Assembly: GCA_964016885.1 (NCBI GenBank)
Contig: OZ024741.1
Coordinates: forward strand, 199,702,001-199,766,000
Direction: 5' to 3'
DNA length: 64,000 nucleotides
Origin: Eledone cirrhosa
Lineage: Eukaryota
Part shown: piece after piece, positions 23,950-38,325 of the stretch
Numbering within the stretch: position 1 is the first letter of the stretch
How the letters are laid out: the number at the start of each line of letters is the position of its first letter
Program-made: the position numbers and the translations under genes
The notes under the pieces: generated by a model
Seen by the model: the letters and a program-made list of their open reading frames with translations, nothing else
The model's database searches: none
What the model was told of the DNA's origin: nothing

Positions 23950-25450
23950 TATTATTGGCACTAATACTATAAATTGACACTGAATATCTACTGCATTCAA
24001 AGTCTTACTTTCCTGTTAGTCTGCCTGTTATCCCACTACAGTTCTTGTGTAACCCAGATTTGCATTATGTACATCATATAGAATTTATGCCCACTTTTTT
24101 TCTACATATCGAACAGGGCCACTTCCCTGATGAGATTGGTGCCCTATCTTCTTATTAACATTTTGCTTTTTGCTAAATTTACTCTAAGCCCTTTTAATTC
24201 TAAGTTCAGTTTACAATGCAGGAATTTATTCTCTAGTTCTTCCACAGATCATCAGCATATAGAAATTCCCATGGGCAATCAGTCTTAACCACTCTGATAT
24301 GAGAAGGACTAGGATAAACAGGAGAGCGGTAAGAACTGAACCCTGATGCACGCCTACCTGTATCCTGAACTCCTTGCTAAACTCACTTCCTCCTCTCACT
24401 TTACTTACAGCTCCTCTATACATGGCTTGCACTGCTTTTGCAACTCACTCTTCTACACCTAATTTCCTTAAGGACAGATCAAGGTTCAGTGTCAAAGGCC
24501 TTCACTAGATAAACAAAAGCTAGATATAGTGGCTTACTCTTAGCTAGCAATTTCTCTTGCAGTTGTATTAGTAAAAAGAGGGCACCTGCGGTGCTCTTCC
24601 CTGGTATGAAACTGAATTGTATCTCATCTAATTTGACTCTTTCCCTAATTAGTTGTGCTAGAATTCTTTCTGTCACTTACAAAACTTGATTCATTAGTTT
24701 TATTCTCCTGTAGTTGCTCCTTTCTAGAGCATCACCTTTACCATTGTAGCAATTAATGATTATGCTGCTGTACAATTATTGTGTATGGCCCTGCCCTGTA
24801 TTATCTGATTGGCCATGCGGGTGACTAGTTCAACTTCTACTTACCCAGTTGCTTTCAGCATTTCAGTGTTTGCCTGACTAGTAGGTGATCAACTGGCTGG
24901 CTGGCTGTTTTCCTGAAGTTAGTGTTGTAAATTGTTATATCATTTGCAACAGAGAATTCCAGGAACCTAATTCCCTCTTCATTTTTTGAGCCATAACCAT
25001 AGCCACCATGTACACCAGTTTAGCCATCCTTCTGCTGTCCAACATATCCATTAAAGTCAACTGCTAGGATGATAAACTCTCTGCCATCAGTAACTGAGGT
25101 TGTCTGTTGAAGTTGTTCATAAAAATGGTCCTTTTGTTCCTTACTTAATCCTGCTTGTGGTGCATAGCTAGAGGTAATTGTTGCCTGTGACTATTCTACG
25201 CTTGATACATCTGTTGCTTACTCTACTTCGATGACCTTATCTACCCTCTTCTCAGCTAGTAGGATGTCTACTCCACCTACCCTGTTGTCATTACCTACCC
25301 AGAACAGCTTGTATCTATGTTGCTTGCCTGTGAGAAGTCTTGCAGAGGTGCCTCTCCAGCCCACCCCTGAACACAGCATACCTCCACTTGTCACCTCTTA
25401 AGCAACTCCACAATTCCACCTGTTCTACCATTGAGTGTGCCCACATTAAG
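23950..25450 (-). mobile_element. Old RTE LINE, 5'/central part with an internal deletion
   Basis: ORFs 24226-24432 and 24479-24676 carry RT motifs, and APE remnants lie at about 24950-25430. Confidence 0.85.
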
Positions 25451-25774
25451 TGTAGCAGATGAGTTACCTGGTAATGGTGATTTGGTCCTTTTGTAGTACT
25501 TTGTACCTGGAAGGGAATGAGGTTGTGTGGTTGCTTGATGGTGGTTGAGGGGTTCTCATACTTTGCTAAGTTAGCCACCCCACTACCATGTGCAGCACTA
25601 ACATGACTATTGTTAGTCCTGCAATCACAGTTAGTCAGAGATTTATGTGTTGTACTTTGCTTAGTTTTCGCAAGGTTTTACTGGCTGGATGCCCAGCATG
25701 GACTGGTGCATTATTTGTTCTACCAGCATTAGGGAAGTCATCTTACTGGACTAAAGAGTCCTCTCTACCCTGAA

Positions 25775-26150
25775 TCAGTTTTCATTCAGTCACAGCCTTC
25801 CTAGAAAGGCTGCCTTCTCCATGGCTTACGGAGCCCACATATGCCCCATGCAGTTTTATTTTATTCAGTGTCACAGCCTTCCTCGAAAGGCTGCATTCTC
25901 CATGGCTTACGGAACCCACATCTGCCCCATGCAGTCTTATTTTATTTTGAGTCATTGCCTTCCTAGACGGGCTGCCTTCTGCATGGCTTATGGCACCTAT
26001 GTCTACCCCATACTGATTTATTTTATTGCATTTTGAGTCACAGGCCTTCTAGCCTAGCTGACTTCTCCTGACTTATGGAACACATATCTATTCAGTGCAG
26101 TCTTGTTTTGTTTTATTTGCAGTAATTGCTCTCCTGCATAGATTGTATTC
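25775..26150. repeat. Degenerate tandem repeat of about 82-86 bp, 4-5 copies
   Basis: Unit CACAGCCTTCCTAGAAAGGCTGCCTTCTCCATGGCTTACGG..CCACAT.TGCCCCATGCAGT.TTATTTTATT. Confidence 0.85.
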
Positions 26151-26464
26151 TCTGAATTAAGATACTGTGGATAAAAAGTTGTCCGAGTTCACATAACCCA
26201 AGTTCCGCCCAGAATAACCATTCCCTGACTGATGGCAGCTGTTCTCGCTGATGTCGAGGAAAACCATTCAATCTTAGAGATCACCAAGATAAAACAAGAA
26301 GACTGGATAGAATCGAGGAGGGAGCTCCTAATCCAAATGGACTAAAAAATCATAAGAGGCCATCCCCGATCTTATTGACCTTGAGGAAAACACCCACCTA
26401 CCCATGGCCGTCAAGTGTAGAAAGCCAAGATGTCTTGTGTGGGAACAATACCAACCTAAAGACC

Positions 26465-26580
26465 TTGGTGATGGAGGCGGAGTGCTACGAAAAGCCGATA
26501 ACTACCACTGAAATACGGGAGGCAATGACTGGCTGCGCGAGGGGTAAATCATCTGGTTTGGATGGTTTGCCCTATGAGCA
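26465..26580 (+). mobile_element. L1/Tx1-like RT-upstream fragment
   Basis: EKPITTTEIREAM......KSSGLDGLPYE. Confidence 0.6.
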
Positions 26581-26589
26581 TCTTCAATT

Positions 26590-27170
26590 GTCTCAGTCAC
26601 CCCAGTCTGTTGCATACATGTGCATTGTTGTCATGTGTCCATATGTTACACCAAGGATCAGTCTCTGGCATTTCATTTCGAACACCATGGTAGCACACAT
26701 CTCTTCGTCTCTTGTAGTCTCTGAGCCATATATGGCTATCGACAGGACTAGTGCCATGTAGAGCCAGACTTGTATTCTCAAAACATTTTGAGACAACCAT
26801 GCTGCAGTTCTAAGGTGACCAAATGCTTGCGATACCAAATATATTCAGTGCAGGATGTTTGATTCACAGACTGGCATAATACTCTCTAGGAACTTGAACT
26901 CTGTGACTTTGGGAATATTTTTGTTGTCTATTTCTATTTCTTTATTAGGATCTAACATCATTATTGCGCATTTCTGGGTATTAATTTTCAACCTCCATTT
27001 TTGACATCCTATTTCGAATTCAGCTGTAGAAAGTTTGAGTTTTTGAAAATATACTTACAAGTGTGGTGTCATTGGCATATCTGATATCTAGTGCCATATC
27101 TTCTTTCAGTCTCTCTTTGGGTATTTCAAGCTGTAGTCATGTCACAACTACCTCAGTAACCTTGTGAGAA
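26590..27170 (-). mobile_element. Decayed RTE fragment of a different (BovB-like) family
   Basis: LY.ALVLSIAIYGSET...FEMKC.R.ILG. Confidence 0.65.
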
Positions 27171-27409
27171 CATTAAATACTAATATTTCAAGATCTTCAT
27201 CCATCTTCAGTGTGGTTTACTCACATGGTACCATAACCACCTGTCCAATTCATACCAGCATGAAGGGCTGCTGTAGAAAAATGTTAATGTGTAATGGTGG
27301 GGATGTTGAATACTGACAGATCAAAAGCCATCCCTTATTATACTACTGTATAATAGTACAGAGAATAGGATAGGGGTAATAAATAGGATACTAGGTAGAA
27401 AGTAATGAC

Positions 27410-28150
27410 TGTTTTGCCTTGATTGCACTGGATGTCGATCTTATGCAGCACCTTGTGTCACCAGTTGTCACAATCCTTTGTCATCTTCTTTATGTGGTTC
27501 AGCTTCTTGAGGTCAGTCCTTACCACTTCATCTACTTTTTTAATCTCCCTCTTCCACAGGTTCCATCCTTGTCTTCTTTATACAATTGACGTCCTCTATA
27601 CACATCCCATGCCCATATTAGTACAGTCTACTCTCTTGTGCATTACATCAGATTCCTTTTATATCCAGCTTTTTTCTCAGATCATTTATGTTTTATCATT
27701 CATGCACACTAACATTACAGATTCTCTGAAGTATACTTGCCTCATTTCTTTCCAACTATATAGGTTTTGCAGTCAACATCCACATCTCATTACCATGTAA
27801 CATTGCACTTTGTTCACAGGCATTGTACAATCTTTCTTTCACCCTGAGAGAAAAACCCTTCTTTGCTACTATGCTTTTGATACAGTTACCTACACTGCTA
27901 AATAGGCCACCTCGATGACAAAAGATGTCAACTACTTCTAGTGAATCTTATGAGCATTTAAGAGAATTTATTTTGCTCATATTATTACTGCTAACTACTC
28001 TATGCATCCATTGTTAACTCTGGGTAATTTCTATCTACTTGTATTTTTAAATCCTAAACAAAACTATTTCTCTGATGGTAGCAGAGTCTTGTCTTCTTCC
28101 CTACTTACTAAAACTTTTGTCTTTGTTAAGTTTATTTCAATACCTTTTGA
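27410..28150 (-). mobile_element. Decayed RTE 3' fragment
   Basis: Minus-strand remnants of KGFSLRVK.RLYNAC and ERNEAS.LR-like segments. Confidence 0.55.
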
Positions 28151-30479
28151 TCCTAGATTCATCTTCTATGTCTGACACAGATTCAGCTATAAGAACTAGA
28201 GGAGTTGCCACAGAATGCTGGTTCCAAAGTTCTCAGGCTGGTAGGAAAACATGGCAGATATCCATGAGAAGTAGTCTTGGTGAAAGGGAACGATGGTTGG
28301 CAGTAGCATATAGAGATGGTGATGGTAGGATAGATGTGGTGTATCTTTCACATAGAATCACTGCGATTGGGGAGAGAAGTTTATGATCATAGCAAAACAA
28401 GATGTAGTGTTTAGTTTGACTATCATTTAACAAAGTTAAATTCTACAGAAGTAGCAAGTACATATTGGTCAATGGAAAAAAGTGAGTAAAGATGCATGAG
28501 TTGCTCTCTGAAGTAGCAGTAGCAGCAGTAGTGGCATAAGAAAAATATATTCCCTATAATCACACATAGGCCAATTTCAAAGATTCCATCTCCATCTTCA
28601 GGATAGTGTTACAGAACCATTAAATAAAATATGAATATTCAAAGAATCACAAGATTAAATAAGAGAGATATTTATTCCACCATTGTTCCAGGCGTACATA
28701 AAAATGTGTTTGTATATATTTTGTGCTCATTATCACCTTCAGCACAATTGACACTTTAGGAAGATGGAGAGGTATAAGAAGTGTTCATTCGTTCTAAAAG
28801 TTTAGATCAGAAGGTGTAGTTTTTTTATACAAAAATAACTTATTCCTCTGATTGTTTGGAACACGTTATAAAATGTATGCAGCAAGAGTTTTTTCTGTGT
28901 AGGTGCCAGCGAAATAAATGTTTTCTTTTTAGTTGGTAAAAAAATGCTGTGAGACAGGCTCTATTTTATCCTTACCTATTGTCAGGGATTGGAATATTTG
29001 ATAAAACAAAGACGGACGGATAAATGGTAAATCCCTGAAAAGCCATCTAAAGGACTGCTCTCGACGTTAGAGAGGAAATTCAAAAACTGGGAAAGCTAGT
29101 TAAGATCTGTTACACTTCTAGCGTTCAACGTGCAACTGGTTAGTTTTGCAAAAGGCGCGTTCTACTGCTGGTCGGATATAGTCGTTGGTATTCATATGTC
29201 ACCAACCTTACAGGGCTGGCAACTGACCAAGCATGACCAAATTATGCCACAGCGATAAAATAGTTCTATCCTGTCTTGCTACATATATATATTAAGAGAG
29301 AGTCAGGGCTCGACACACTAATGACTAGACCATGCACCTTCACACACATATATTGAAGAAAAAAGTGGCAGTACTTTGAAATTTCAATGAATGATTGGAA
29401 ATAAAAGTGCATATGGACACATTCACAGCATGTTTATATGTAACAAACAAACATATAGTCTTGTTGAGAGTATTTTAAGCCATGATATAATCACAGCTTA
29501 GACAACATTCATATAAAATTGTTTACATACATATTTCCAAAGTCATTACTTCTTTGTCAATAGATGCTTACTTATTAAGGAATGTTCAAGTAACAGGTGT
29601 ATAAAGCTACACATCTGGGTTGCTAAGAAATAAGCTATTTTTGATGATAGATAATTTACAAAGAGAGTTGGCTTAACTGTCATTAATAATAGCTTATTTA
29701 AGAAACTTCTATAAATAGCCTTACACTCCTGTTATCTAAGTATCACACAGTAAATAAGCCTCTACTAATGAAGAAGTAATGAATTCTGAAATGCATGCAT
29801 TTTTTTTGTTGGTGATTTACATGATAAATGCACCCAGTACATGCTGTAAAGTGGTTGGTGATAGGATGGGCATCCAGCCTTAGGAAGCCTGCCAAACAAG
29901 GGTTGGGAGGACACTTTAGTTGTGTCAAGGACATGATGGCTTCCCTAGTGTTGGTGATATACATAAATGCACTCAGTACATGCTGTAATGTAGTTGGTGA
30001 GAGGATGGGCATCCAGATGTAAAACGCTTCCAAACAAAGGGTTGGGAGAACCCTTCAGTTATGTCAAAGACATGACAACCCTTGCTAGCAGGGAAAGCAG
30101 ATGTTAAATGATGATGACAATATAAATGATCTTAAATAGATACTGAGATAGCTGTAATGTGATCACAGCTTAAAATATTTTCAACAAGACAATATGAATA
30201 CATAAACATAGTGTGAATGCATCTAAATATGCCTTTACTTTGAACCATGCCCTCATAGACTCATTGCTAATTAATACTAGTCTGTCAAGCCAGCACTATA
30301 TATAAATGAGTTATGAGTAAAATTAGCTTATTTATGAAACCTATATAAGTAGCTTTATGCTTCTTTCACTTTAGCATCCTGTAGTAATTAAGCATCTATT
30401 AATGAAAAAATAATGAGTGAGAACTCACTATTTGCTGATAAGATGCAGAAAGTGTACAAACCACTAACCCAGTTATCTC

Positions 30480-33350
30480 AATATCAGGTTCAAAACCTCC
30501 AAGCTGCAACTATCAGTATTAATACAATGAAAGGTAAGTCTGGAGAAATTGTTGAAATACTTGAGAGGAGATGTATAGATGTGTGATGTGTGCAAGTGGT
30601 AAGTTGGAAAGGACCCTCAGCCAGACTTCTCATAAGCAAGAAACTCAGATACAAGTTCTGGGTGGGTAACAGCAATGACGTGGGTTGATAATTAAGCTTA
30701 GATTAGTCATGGGCAATACTAGTGTGACTATTATCTTTGCATATATACCACAAGCATATGACTGAATGGAAGAATCATTTTTACAAGGTCTTCTTTCGAC
30801 TACCTTAGTGTGACCTCATTATCGTAGATGGTGACTTCCATGGACATGTGGGGTAGCATCGGGATGGGCACCTTAGGGTGCATTCAGGCTAAGCTCTTGG
30901 TGTGCAAAATGAAGAAGGTTCAAGGTTACTTGAATGTTGTGACATGAATTATCTGACAATTTGCAACACCAACTTCAGGAAACCAACCAGCTACTTGATT
31001 AAGTTGACACACAAATCAGATAAACTTTATTGTCACCAAGAAATTAGAAAGACAGGTGATTGTATATGCTAAGTCCTACCAAATTTTAGAATGCATCACC
31101 CAGCATAGACTAGTAACTAGAGTAAAGAGCCAGACACAAGGATATACCAAATACAGCCTAGAAAAGAAGGATATGGAAACTTTTAAAAAAACACCAAATA
31201 GTAATAGGTGGTTTAGAGATAAACAAATTGAAGGCATTGACAAGGAAGATGAGGAATTAGAGACCTGTAACATAAAGAACAACTGAAACTCCTTCAAGAC
31301 AACCTGATGAAAGCCACAGATAAGATCTGTGGTTGGGGTAAGATACTATTCAGATAGATGTGGTGGTGGAACAATAGTGTCAACAAAGTCATAAGAGCTA
31401 AGAAACAGTCTTGGAAAGTAGCTAGAAGAGAAATAAACATTAGGTTTATCTAACAAGTGGAAGCAGCAAACAAGAGACAATATTCTGCAGCATGAGGATG
31501 AGAGGTGTAAAGTGTTCTGGGCTGCAAGACTGCGTACCAGGGAGAACCAAGATGTGTGTGCAGAATGACAGCAGCTCACTTTTACTGACACTGAAAGGAA
31601 GATTCATTTAAGTGTTATGAAGAATGACTCTTGAAGGAGAAGAATGAATGCTGAGGGTCTGCCCCAAGTAGACCCAACTGAGGGGCCTGCAGTATGGTGG
31701 ATAAAGAGATTAAGGATATGAAATTAGAGAAAGCATCTGGCCAATTAGGGATTGTTACTGAGATGATTAAACTTTCTTGTGGAGTAGGACACAGGCTAGT
31801 CACTTGTATAGTTAATCAGGTAATGCAGAAAGTGTGATACCTAGTGACTCATGTAGCAGCAACATTAACAACTCTACATAGGCAAAGGAGATGCATCAGG
31901 GAAAGAAAATTACAAATACATCAAAGTTTTGAATCAGGTTATGAAGGTCACGGAATGTGTAATTGACAATTGGTCGGGGTCAGAATTAATTTTGATGAGA
32001 TTCAATTTAGCTTTGTGCCCAGTGGAAACACTATTGATAAAACCTTCCAAGTGAGACAGCTGCAGGAGAAGTACTTAGCTAAGAGTAAGCCCCTATATTT
32101 AGCATTTGTTGACCTGGAAAAGTTTATTAACAGAATCTTACACTCTGTAATTTGGTGGTTGCCTGGGACTCTAGATATAGTGGAGTGGCATCTGATGGCT
32201 GATAGGCTGTGTACTGAAGTACAGTCAGCAAAGTGAAAGGGGCAATGAATTTAGGAGTCCACCAAGGCTTGGTTAAGGGTCCTCCTGTTTATTATTGTCC
32301 CTCAGACCATAACAAAGGGATATTCAAGGCTGGTTTTCTGTGGGAACTCTTGTATGCTGACAATCTAACCCTCATAGCACAAATAGAACTAGAGAAAAAT
32401 CTGGAATCAAAGGGCCTTAAAGTAAATCTGACAAAGACCAAGTTTTAGTAAAAGGACAAAACTCTGCTACCACCAGGGAAGTGGTTGTGCTCAATATGCA
32501 TAAAAAGTATAGGTAGGAGTTCCATATAGTGTTTACAATGGATCTGGCAAAGAAGGTCGACTTTGCATGTGTTAAATGCTGAAAAGTATTAATGTTATCC
32601 ATGAAGGCTCACTAGAAGTAGTAGATAGAGTTTGTTATCTAGCAGGAATGGTGTAGCATAAACAAGCTGAAAGAAAAACTTGGCATATCAAGAATTGGAT
32701 GTAGTGTGCAAGACTGTGCTGGTATGAACATGTAATGCATATGGAAAATGACTGTGGTATAAAGAAGTTCAGAGAATCTCAGGATGGAACTTGTGGAAGA
32801 GGTCAACTCAAGAAGACATGGGCTAAGGTTATGAGAATAGAGATGACAAAGGGCTGAGGGGTTTGACAATATGGCATGCTAGTATAGATCTAGCTCCCAT
32901 TATCACCCTTTAGTAGCTATCCACAGTATCACTGCATGTCCACAGTTTTATGCCTCCCAACAAACCACCACCACTGCCCCCATAGTTTCCAATTTTTGCA
33001 CTACTGTACACCCCACCCTACTCTATCCAGAAACCCTTCTACCCTTCCTAAATCCTAACACCCACACTCTCTAGACTCACCACCCTCTCTGCAGTAATCA
33101 TGACACACCAGTCATAGCTATCATGACTACAATACCGCCCACACTGTCAGCAATCACCCCACTCCTTCCACTAACCTCCCTTCATACTTGGCACACACCC
33201 ATGATAATCCCCCTGCCTCCTTACGTAAGGTAGAAAGGGCTTTTCAGTTAAATCAATGACCAACAACCTCTCTGGTACTATGAAAAATATACCCAATTCA
33301 CCCTGTAAGGTGGTTGGTGATAAAAAGGTACCTAGCTGTAGAAACCATCC
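30480..33350 (+). mobile_element. Decayed, originally full-length RTE LINE
   Basis: APE remnants at about 30500-31100, and RT remnants QLQEKYLAKSKPLYLAFVDLEK and WELLYADN at 31970-32450. C-rich 3' UTR. Confidence 0.8.
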
Positions 33351-34604
33351 CAGTAGGGGGGTCAAGGGGATTTTTAGCAGCATAGTGTATATTCGTTATT
33401 GAGTCACGAGTAACATAATAATGATGTCAACAGCGGGATTTGAACTCAGATCGTAAAGGGACGTAACTATGCTGGAAAGCATGGCATCCGACCGTCTACC
33501 GATACTGCCAATTCACTGCCCTAATAATGTTTGTTAACTTGTATGGTTGAAGTTACACATAAAATGAGGTTACAAAAGGGAATGTGCCATTGTGCCAGGC
33601 CCAAGGAAAGCCGGCAGGCCAGCCAAAGTGCAAAATATCACCGTCACATGTACGTGTTGCTGGTTCGAAGTTCCGGGTGCGAGAGAGAGATTCTTCAAAT
33701 CTTCGCGGGGAATTTCTCCCTCAGGGCGCGTAGGGATTCATCCTCTTCTACTGGCGTTGATTGGCTGAGCTGAGCCAAATCACGCACAGAGAATGTATGT
33801 GAGCCCGCGGAATGTAGGTCACTACAGATTCTTTAGCTGTGATAGAGGCACAGCAACCTCTCTAGTTTTTGTGACCTACACAATAAAGGCATCCAGTATA
33901 CTTTATAAGGTAGTTGGTAATAGGAAAGGCATTCAGTTGTGTCAAAAATATAACAACTTTTCTAGTCCTGGTGCCTTGATAAAATGCACTTGCCAGAGTG
34001 TGGGATTCCATGTTGAACCCAAACCTGTCAGAATAATCGATAGTGTATAGGAACACTATCTATCTGAGAGATCGGTGGCTTTGCTTGAGTATTGACTGAC
34101 CTATGATGACACATCAAGCCCTTGCTAGCAAGGAAAACAAATGTTAAGCAATGATGATGATGTCATCATCTGATCATTGAATGTCTGCTTGCCCATCTGT
34201 TACATATTTTGACATGGTTTCTCTGGCAATACCAACCATTTTGCTGTGTGTACAGGGTGTATTTCATTGTGTCACCACCACTACGAATTTACAGAATGTA
34301 GTGGGTGCATTTTATTATAGCTCTAGCACCACCACTTTACAGAGTGTAGTGAGTGTATTTTATTGTAGCAACAGTATTAATGCTTTAAAAATTGAATATG
34401 AAAAGTGGAGAAAAATCTCCAATCAAATGACTATCCTTGCAATTTCAGGACCAAAGCAATTTAAGTCAATGTAGTTGAAGTGAAAGGTGAAAGCAAAAAG
34501 CATGTTCCAATCTTGTTAGATCTCCTCATCAAAGTATATTTACTAAGAATGGTTAGATAGATATACAAAAAAGATGTTGATTATGTGTCAACAAAGAGTA
34601 AGTT

Positions 34605-36775
34605 GAAAATGTATAAAGGGAACACTACATAAAATATATAAAGGGAACACTGTACATAAAATGTATAAAGGGAGGACTGTACATAAAATATATAAAGGGG
34701 GCACTGTACATAAAATATATAAAGGGGGCACTGTACATAAAATATATAAAGGGAACACTGTACATAAAATGTATAAAGGGAGCACTGTACATAAAATATA
34801 TAAAGGGGGCACTGTACATAAAATGTATAAAGGGAACACTGTACATAAAATGTATAAAGGGAGGACTGTACATAAATATATAAAGGGAACACTGTACATA
34901 AAATGTATAAAGGGAGGACTGTTCATAAAATGTATAAAGGGAACACTGTACATAAAATGTATAAAGGGAGGACTACATAAAATATATAAAGGGAACACTG
35001 TACATAAAATGTATAAAGGGAGGACTGTACATAAAATATATAAAGGGGGCACTGTACATAAAATATATAAAGGGAACACTGTACATAAAATGTATAAAGG
35101 GAGCACTGTACATAAAATATATAAAGGGGGCACTGTACATAAAATGTATAAAGGGAACACTGTACATAAAATGTATAAAGGGAGGACTGTACATAAATAT
35201 ATAAAGGGAACACTGTACATAAAATGTATAAAGGGAGGACTGTTCATAAAATGTATAAAGGGAACACTGTACATAAAATGTATAAAGGGAGGACTACATA
35301 AAATATATAAAGGGAACACTGTACATAAAATGTATAAAGGGAGGACTGTACATAAAATATATAAAGGGGGCACTGTACATAAAATATATAAAGGGAACAC
35401 TGTACATAAAATGTATAAAGGGAGCACTGTACATAAAATATATAAAGGGGGCACTGTACATAAAATGTATAAAGGGAACACTGTACATAAAATGTATAAA
35501 GGGAGGACTGTACATAAATATATAAAGGGAACACTACATAAAATGTATAAAGGGAGGACTACATAAAATGTATAAAGGGAACACTGTACATAAAATGTAT
35601 AAAGGGTGGACTACATAAAATATATAAAGGGGGCACTGTATATTAAATGTATAAAGGGAGCACTGTATATAAAATGTCTAAAGGGAACACTGTACATAAA
35701 ATGTATAAAGGGAGAACTGTACATAAAATATATAAAGGGAACACTGTACATAAAATATATAAAGGGAACACTGTACATAAAATGTATAAAGGGAGGACTG
35801 TACATAAAATATATAAAGGGAGGACTGTACATAAAATGTCAAAAGGGAACACTCTACATAAAATGTATAAAGGGGGGACTGTACATAAAATATATAAAGG
35901 GAACACTGTACATAAAATGTATAAAGGGAGAACTGTACATAAAATATATAAAGGGAGCACTGTACATAAAATGTATAAAGGGAACACTGTACATAAAGTG
36001 TATAAAGGGAGGACTGTACATCAAATATATAAAGGGAGGACTACATAAAATGTATAAAGGGAACACTGTACATAAAGTGTCTAAAGGGAACACTGTACAT
36101 AAAATGTATAAAGGGAGGACTACATAAAATATATAAAGGGAGCACTGTACATAAAATGTCAAAAAGGAACACTCTACATAAAATGTATAAAGGGGGGACT
36201 GTACATAAAATATATAAAGGGAACACTGTACATAAAATGTATAAAGGGAGGACTGTACATAAAATATATAAAGGGAGCACTGTGCATAAAATGTATAAAG
36301 AGAACACTGTACATAAAGTGTCTAAAGGGAACACTGTACATAAAATATATAAAGGGAGCACTACATAAAATATATAAAGGAAACTGTACATAAAATATAT
36401 AAAGGGAACACTGTACATAAAATGTCTAAGGGAGCACTGTATATAAAATATATAAAGGGAGCACTGTACATAAAATATATAAAGGGAACACTGTACATAA
36501 AATATATAAAGGGAACACTGTACATAAAATATATAAAGCGAGCACTACATAAAATGTCTAAAGGGAGCACTGTACATAAAATGTATAAAGGGAGCACTGT
36601 ACAAAAAATGTATAAAGGGAACACTGTACGTAAAATGTATAAAGGGAACACTACGTAAAATGTATAAAGGGAACACTGTATATAAAATGTATAAAGGGAG
36701 GATTGTACATAAAATATATAAAGGGAGCACTGTACATAAAATATATAAAGGGAGCACTGTACATTAAATGTCTAC
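34605..36775. repeat. 27-bp minisatellite, about 80 units, consensus AAAATRTATAAAGGGRRSACTGTACAT
   Basis: Direct observation. All ORFs in this region are repeat artefacts. Confidence 0.98.
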
Positions 36776-38029
36776 AAACAAATAGTGTCTCACTGTTTTA
36801 ATATGGTGAGTGGGAAAAAACTTCAATCAACTGAGACTATACTTACAGTTTCAATATGAAAACTCCTCTTAGGAGTGTTCGGGTGATGGAAAGCAAACCA
36901 GAGAGACAAAGAACTCTTATATTCATGGCTGAATCAAGTCATTTGGAACTATTTAAGACAATGTGGCAGTAGTGGACCTTGTCTATAAGCCAACTTGGTT
37001 AAAGCAATGGACATGTTTTGATCTTAGATCTCAGCAAAACATATTCACTTTGTTGATTAGAATAAGAATGGCAAGATAGATATAGGAAAAGTGAAAGAAA
37101 TAATGTATTAATTACTTCTGTCAACAAAAGAAAGATGAAAATATGAGGGTGAGCACTCTGTATAAAGTGCATACACACAAAGGTAGTCTGAATATGGCAA
37201 GTAGGAAAAAAAATCTAATCATAGACAATCCTTGCAATTCCAAAACTATAATTTCTTTTACAAGCATTAAACTGATGAAAAACATACGAGGGAGAGAATT
37301 CGCCACTGTACACATTCTACTTCCATAATAATTCTAATTTAGGCACATAGCCTTTGGTGAGTTGATTTAAATTGACCCCAGTTCTTGACTGGTACTTTCT
37401 TTTATCGACCCTAGAAGGATGAAGGGTAAAGTTGATCTCAAAACAAATAGCTGGAACAAATACTGCAAAGCATTTGTCTGATGCATAAACAATTCTGCCA
37501 ATCCTTCCTACTTCTGTAATAATAATTGTTTCTACTTTTGGTACAAGGCCAGCAATTACCCCAGTGCATTACTGGTGCTTTATTTTATCGAGCCATAAGG
37601 ATGACAGGCAAAGTTAACCTTGGCAAGATTTGAACCCAAACCGTAAAAGGATGTAACTCTATGCTGCAAAGCATTGCATCCGACCATCTACCGATACTGC
37701 CAATCCACCGTCCTACTTTTGCAATAATAATATGCTTGCCACTGTATACACATTCTATGTCTATAAAAATAAATTTGAATTTCTGTTTATGTGTCCACAT
37801 GATTTTCTGGCTTTGGCAAATATAAGTGTTGCATTTAAATATTGAAATTAAAAAAATGCAAAAACCAAATATGTCATTACAAGTTTATATCGTTCTCCTG
37901 TCATGAGAGAAATTTTGACTTTTAATTGTAAGTGATTCACTACACTGCACTCTTTTAGAACAGAGGCTATGGAATATCCAAGAGTCAATAAATCGTAAGG
38001 TTTTATCAAAAATTTGGTATGGGTTAGAA

Positions 38030-38325
38030 CAGTCATGGGCAACCTGCGGTCCGCAAAGCTTTCTGAATGGTTCGCCTAAGTCACCTAAGTGAAATCTTTC
38101 TGATTTTTTTTACCCTAACTTTCCAGTTCAGTCGTAATTTATCTTTCTATCATTTTTACATTCAAGAAAAACAATGTGTACGAATTCTGAAGAAACATCA
38201 AAACAACCTGAGTTACCACCCATTTTTTTTAATGTGGGCATGAATGTAAATTAGCGCTTGTGGCCCGCCTGATGATGTGCCATATCTCATGCGGCCCGCT
38301 TCTCGAAAAAGGTTGCCCATGCCTG
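38030..38325. mobile_element. hAT-family MITE
   Basis: TIRs CAG(T/G)CATGGGCAACCT...AGGTTGCCCATGCCTG with a perfect 8-bp TSD GGTTAGAA. Confidence 0.92.

Noticed and set aside
28700-29280. Coding-like, CpG-richer stretch, possibly a DNA transposon relic
   Set aside because: No motif, ORF or termini could be identified with confidence.
34581-36757. Long ORFs (up to 301 aa) on both strands
   Set aside because: They are translations of the 27-bp minisatellite, with no splice or domain evidence.
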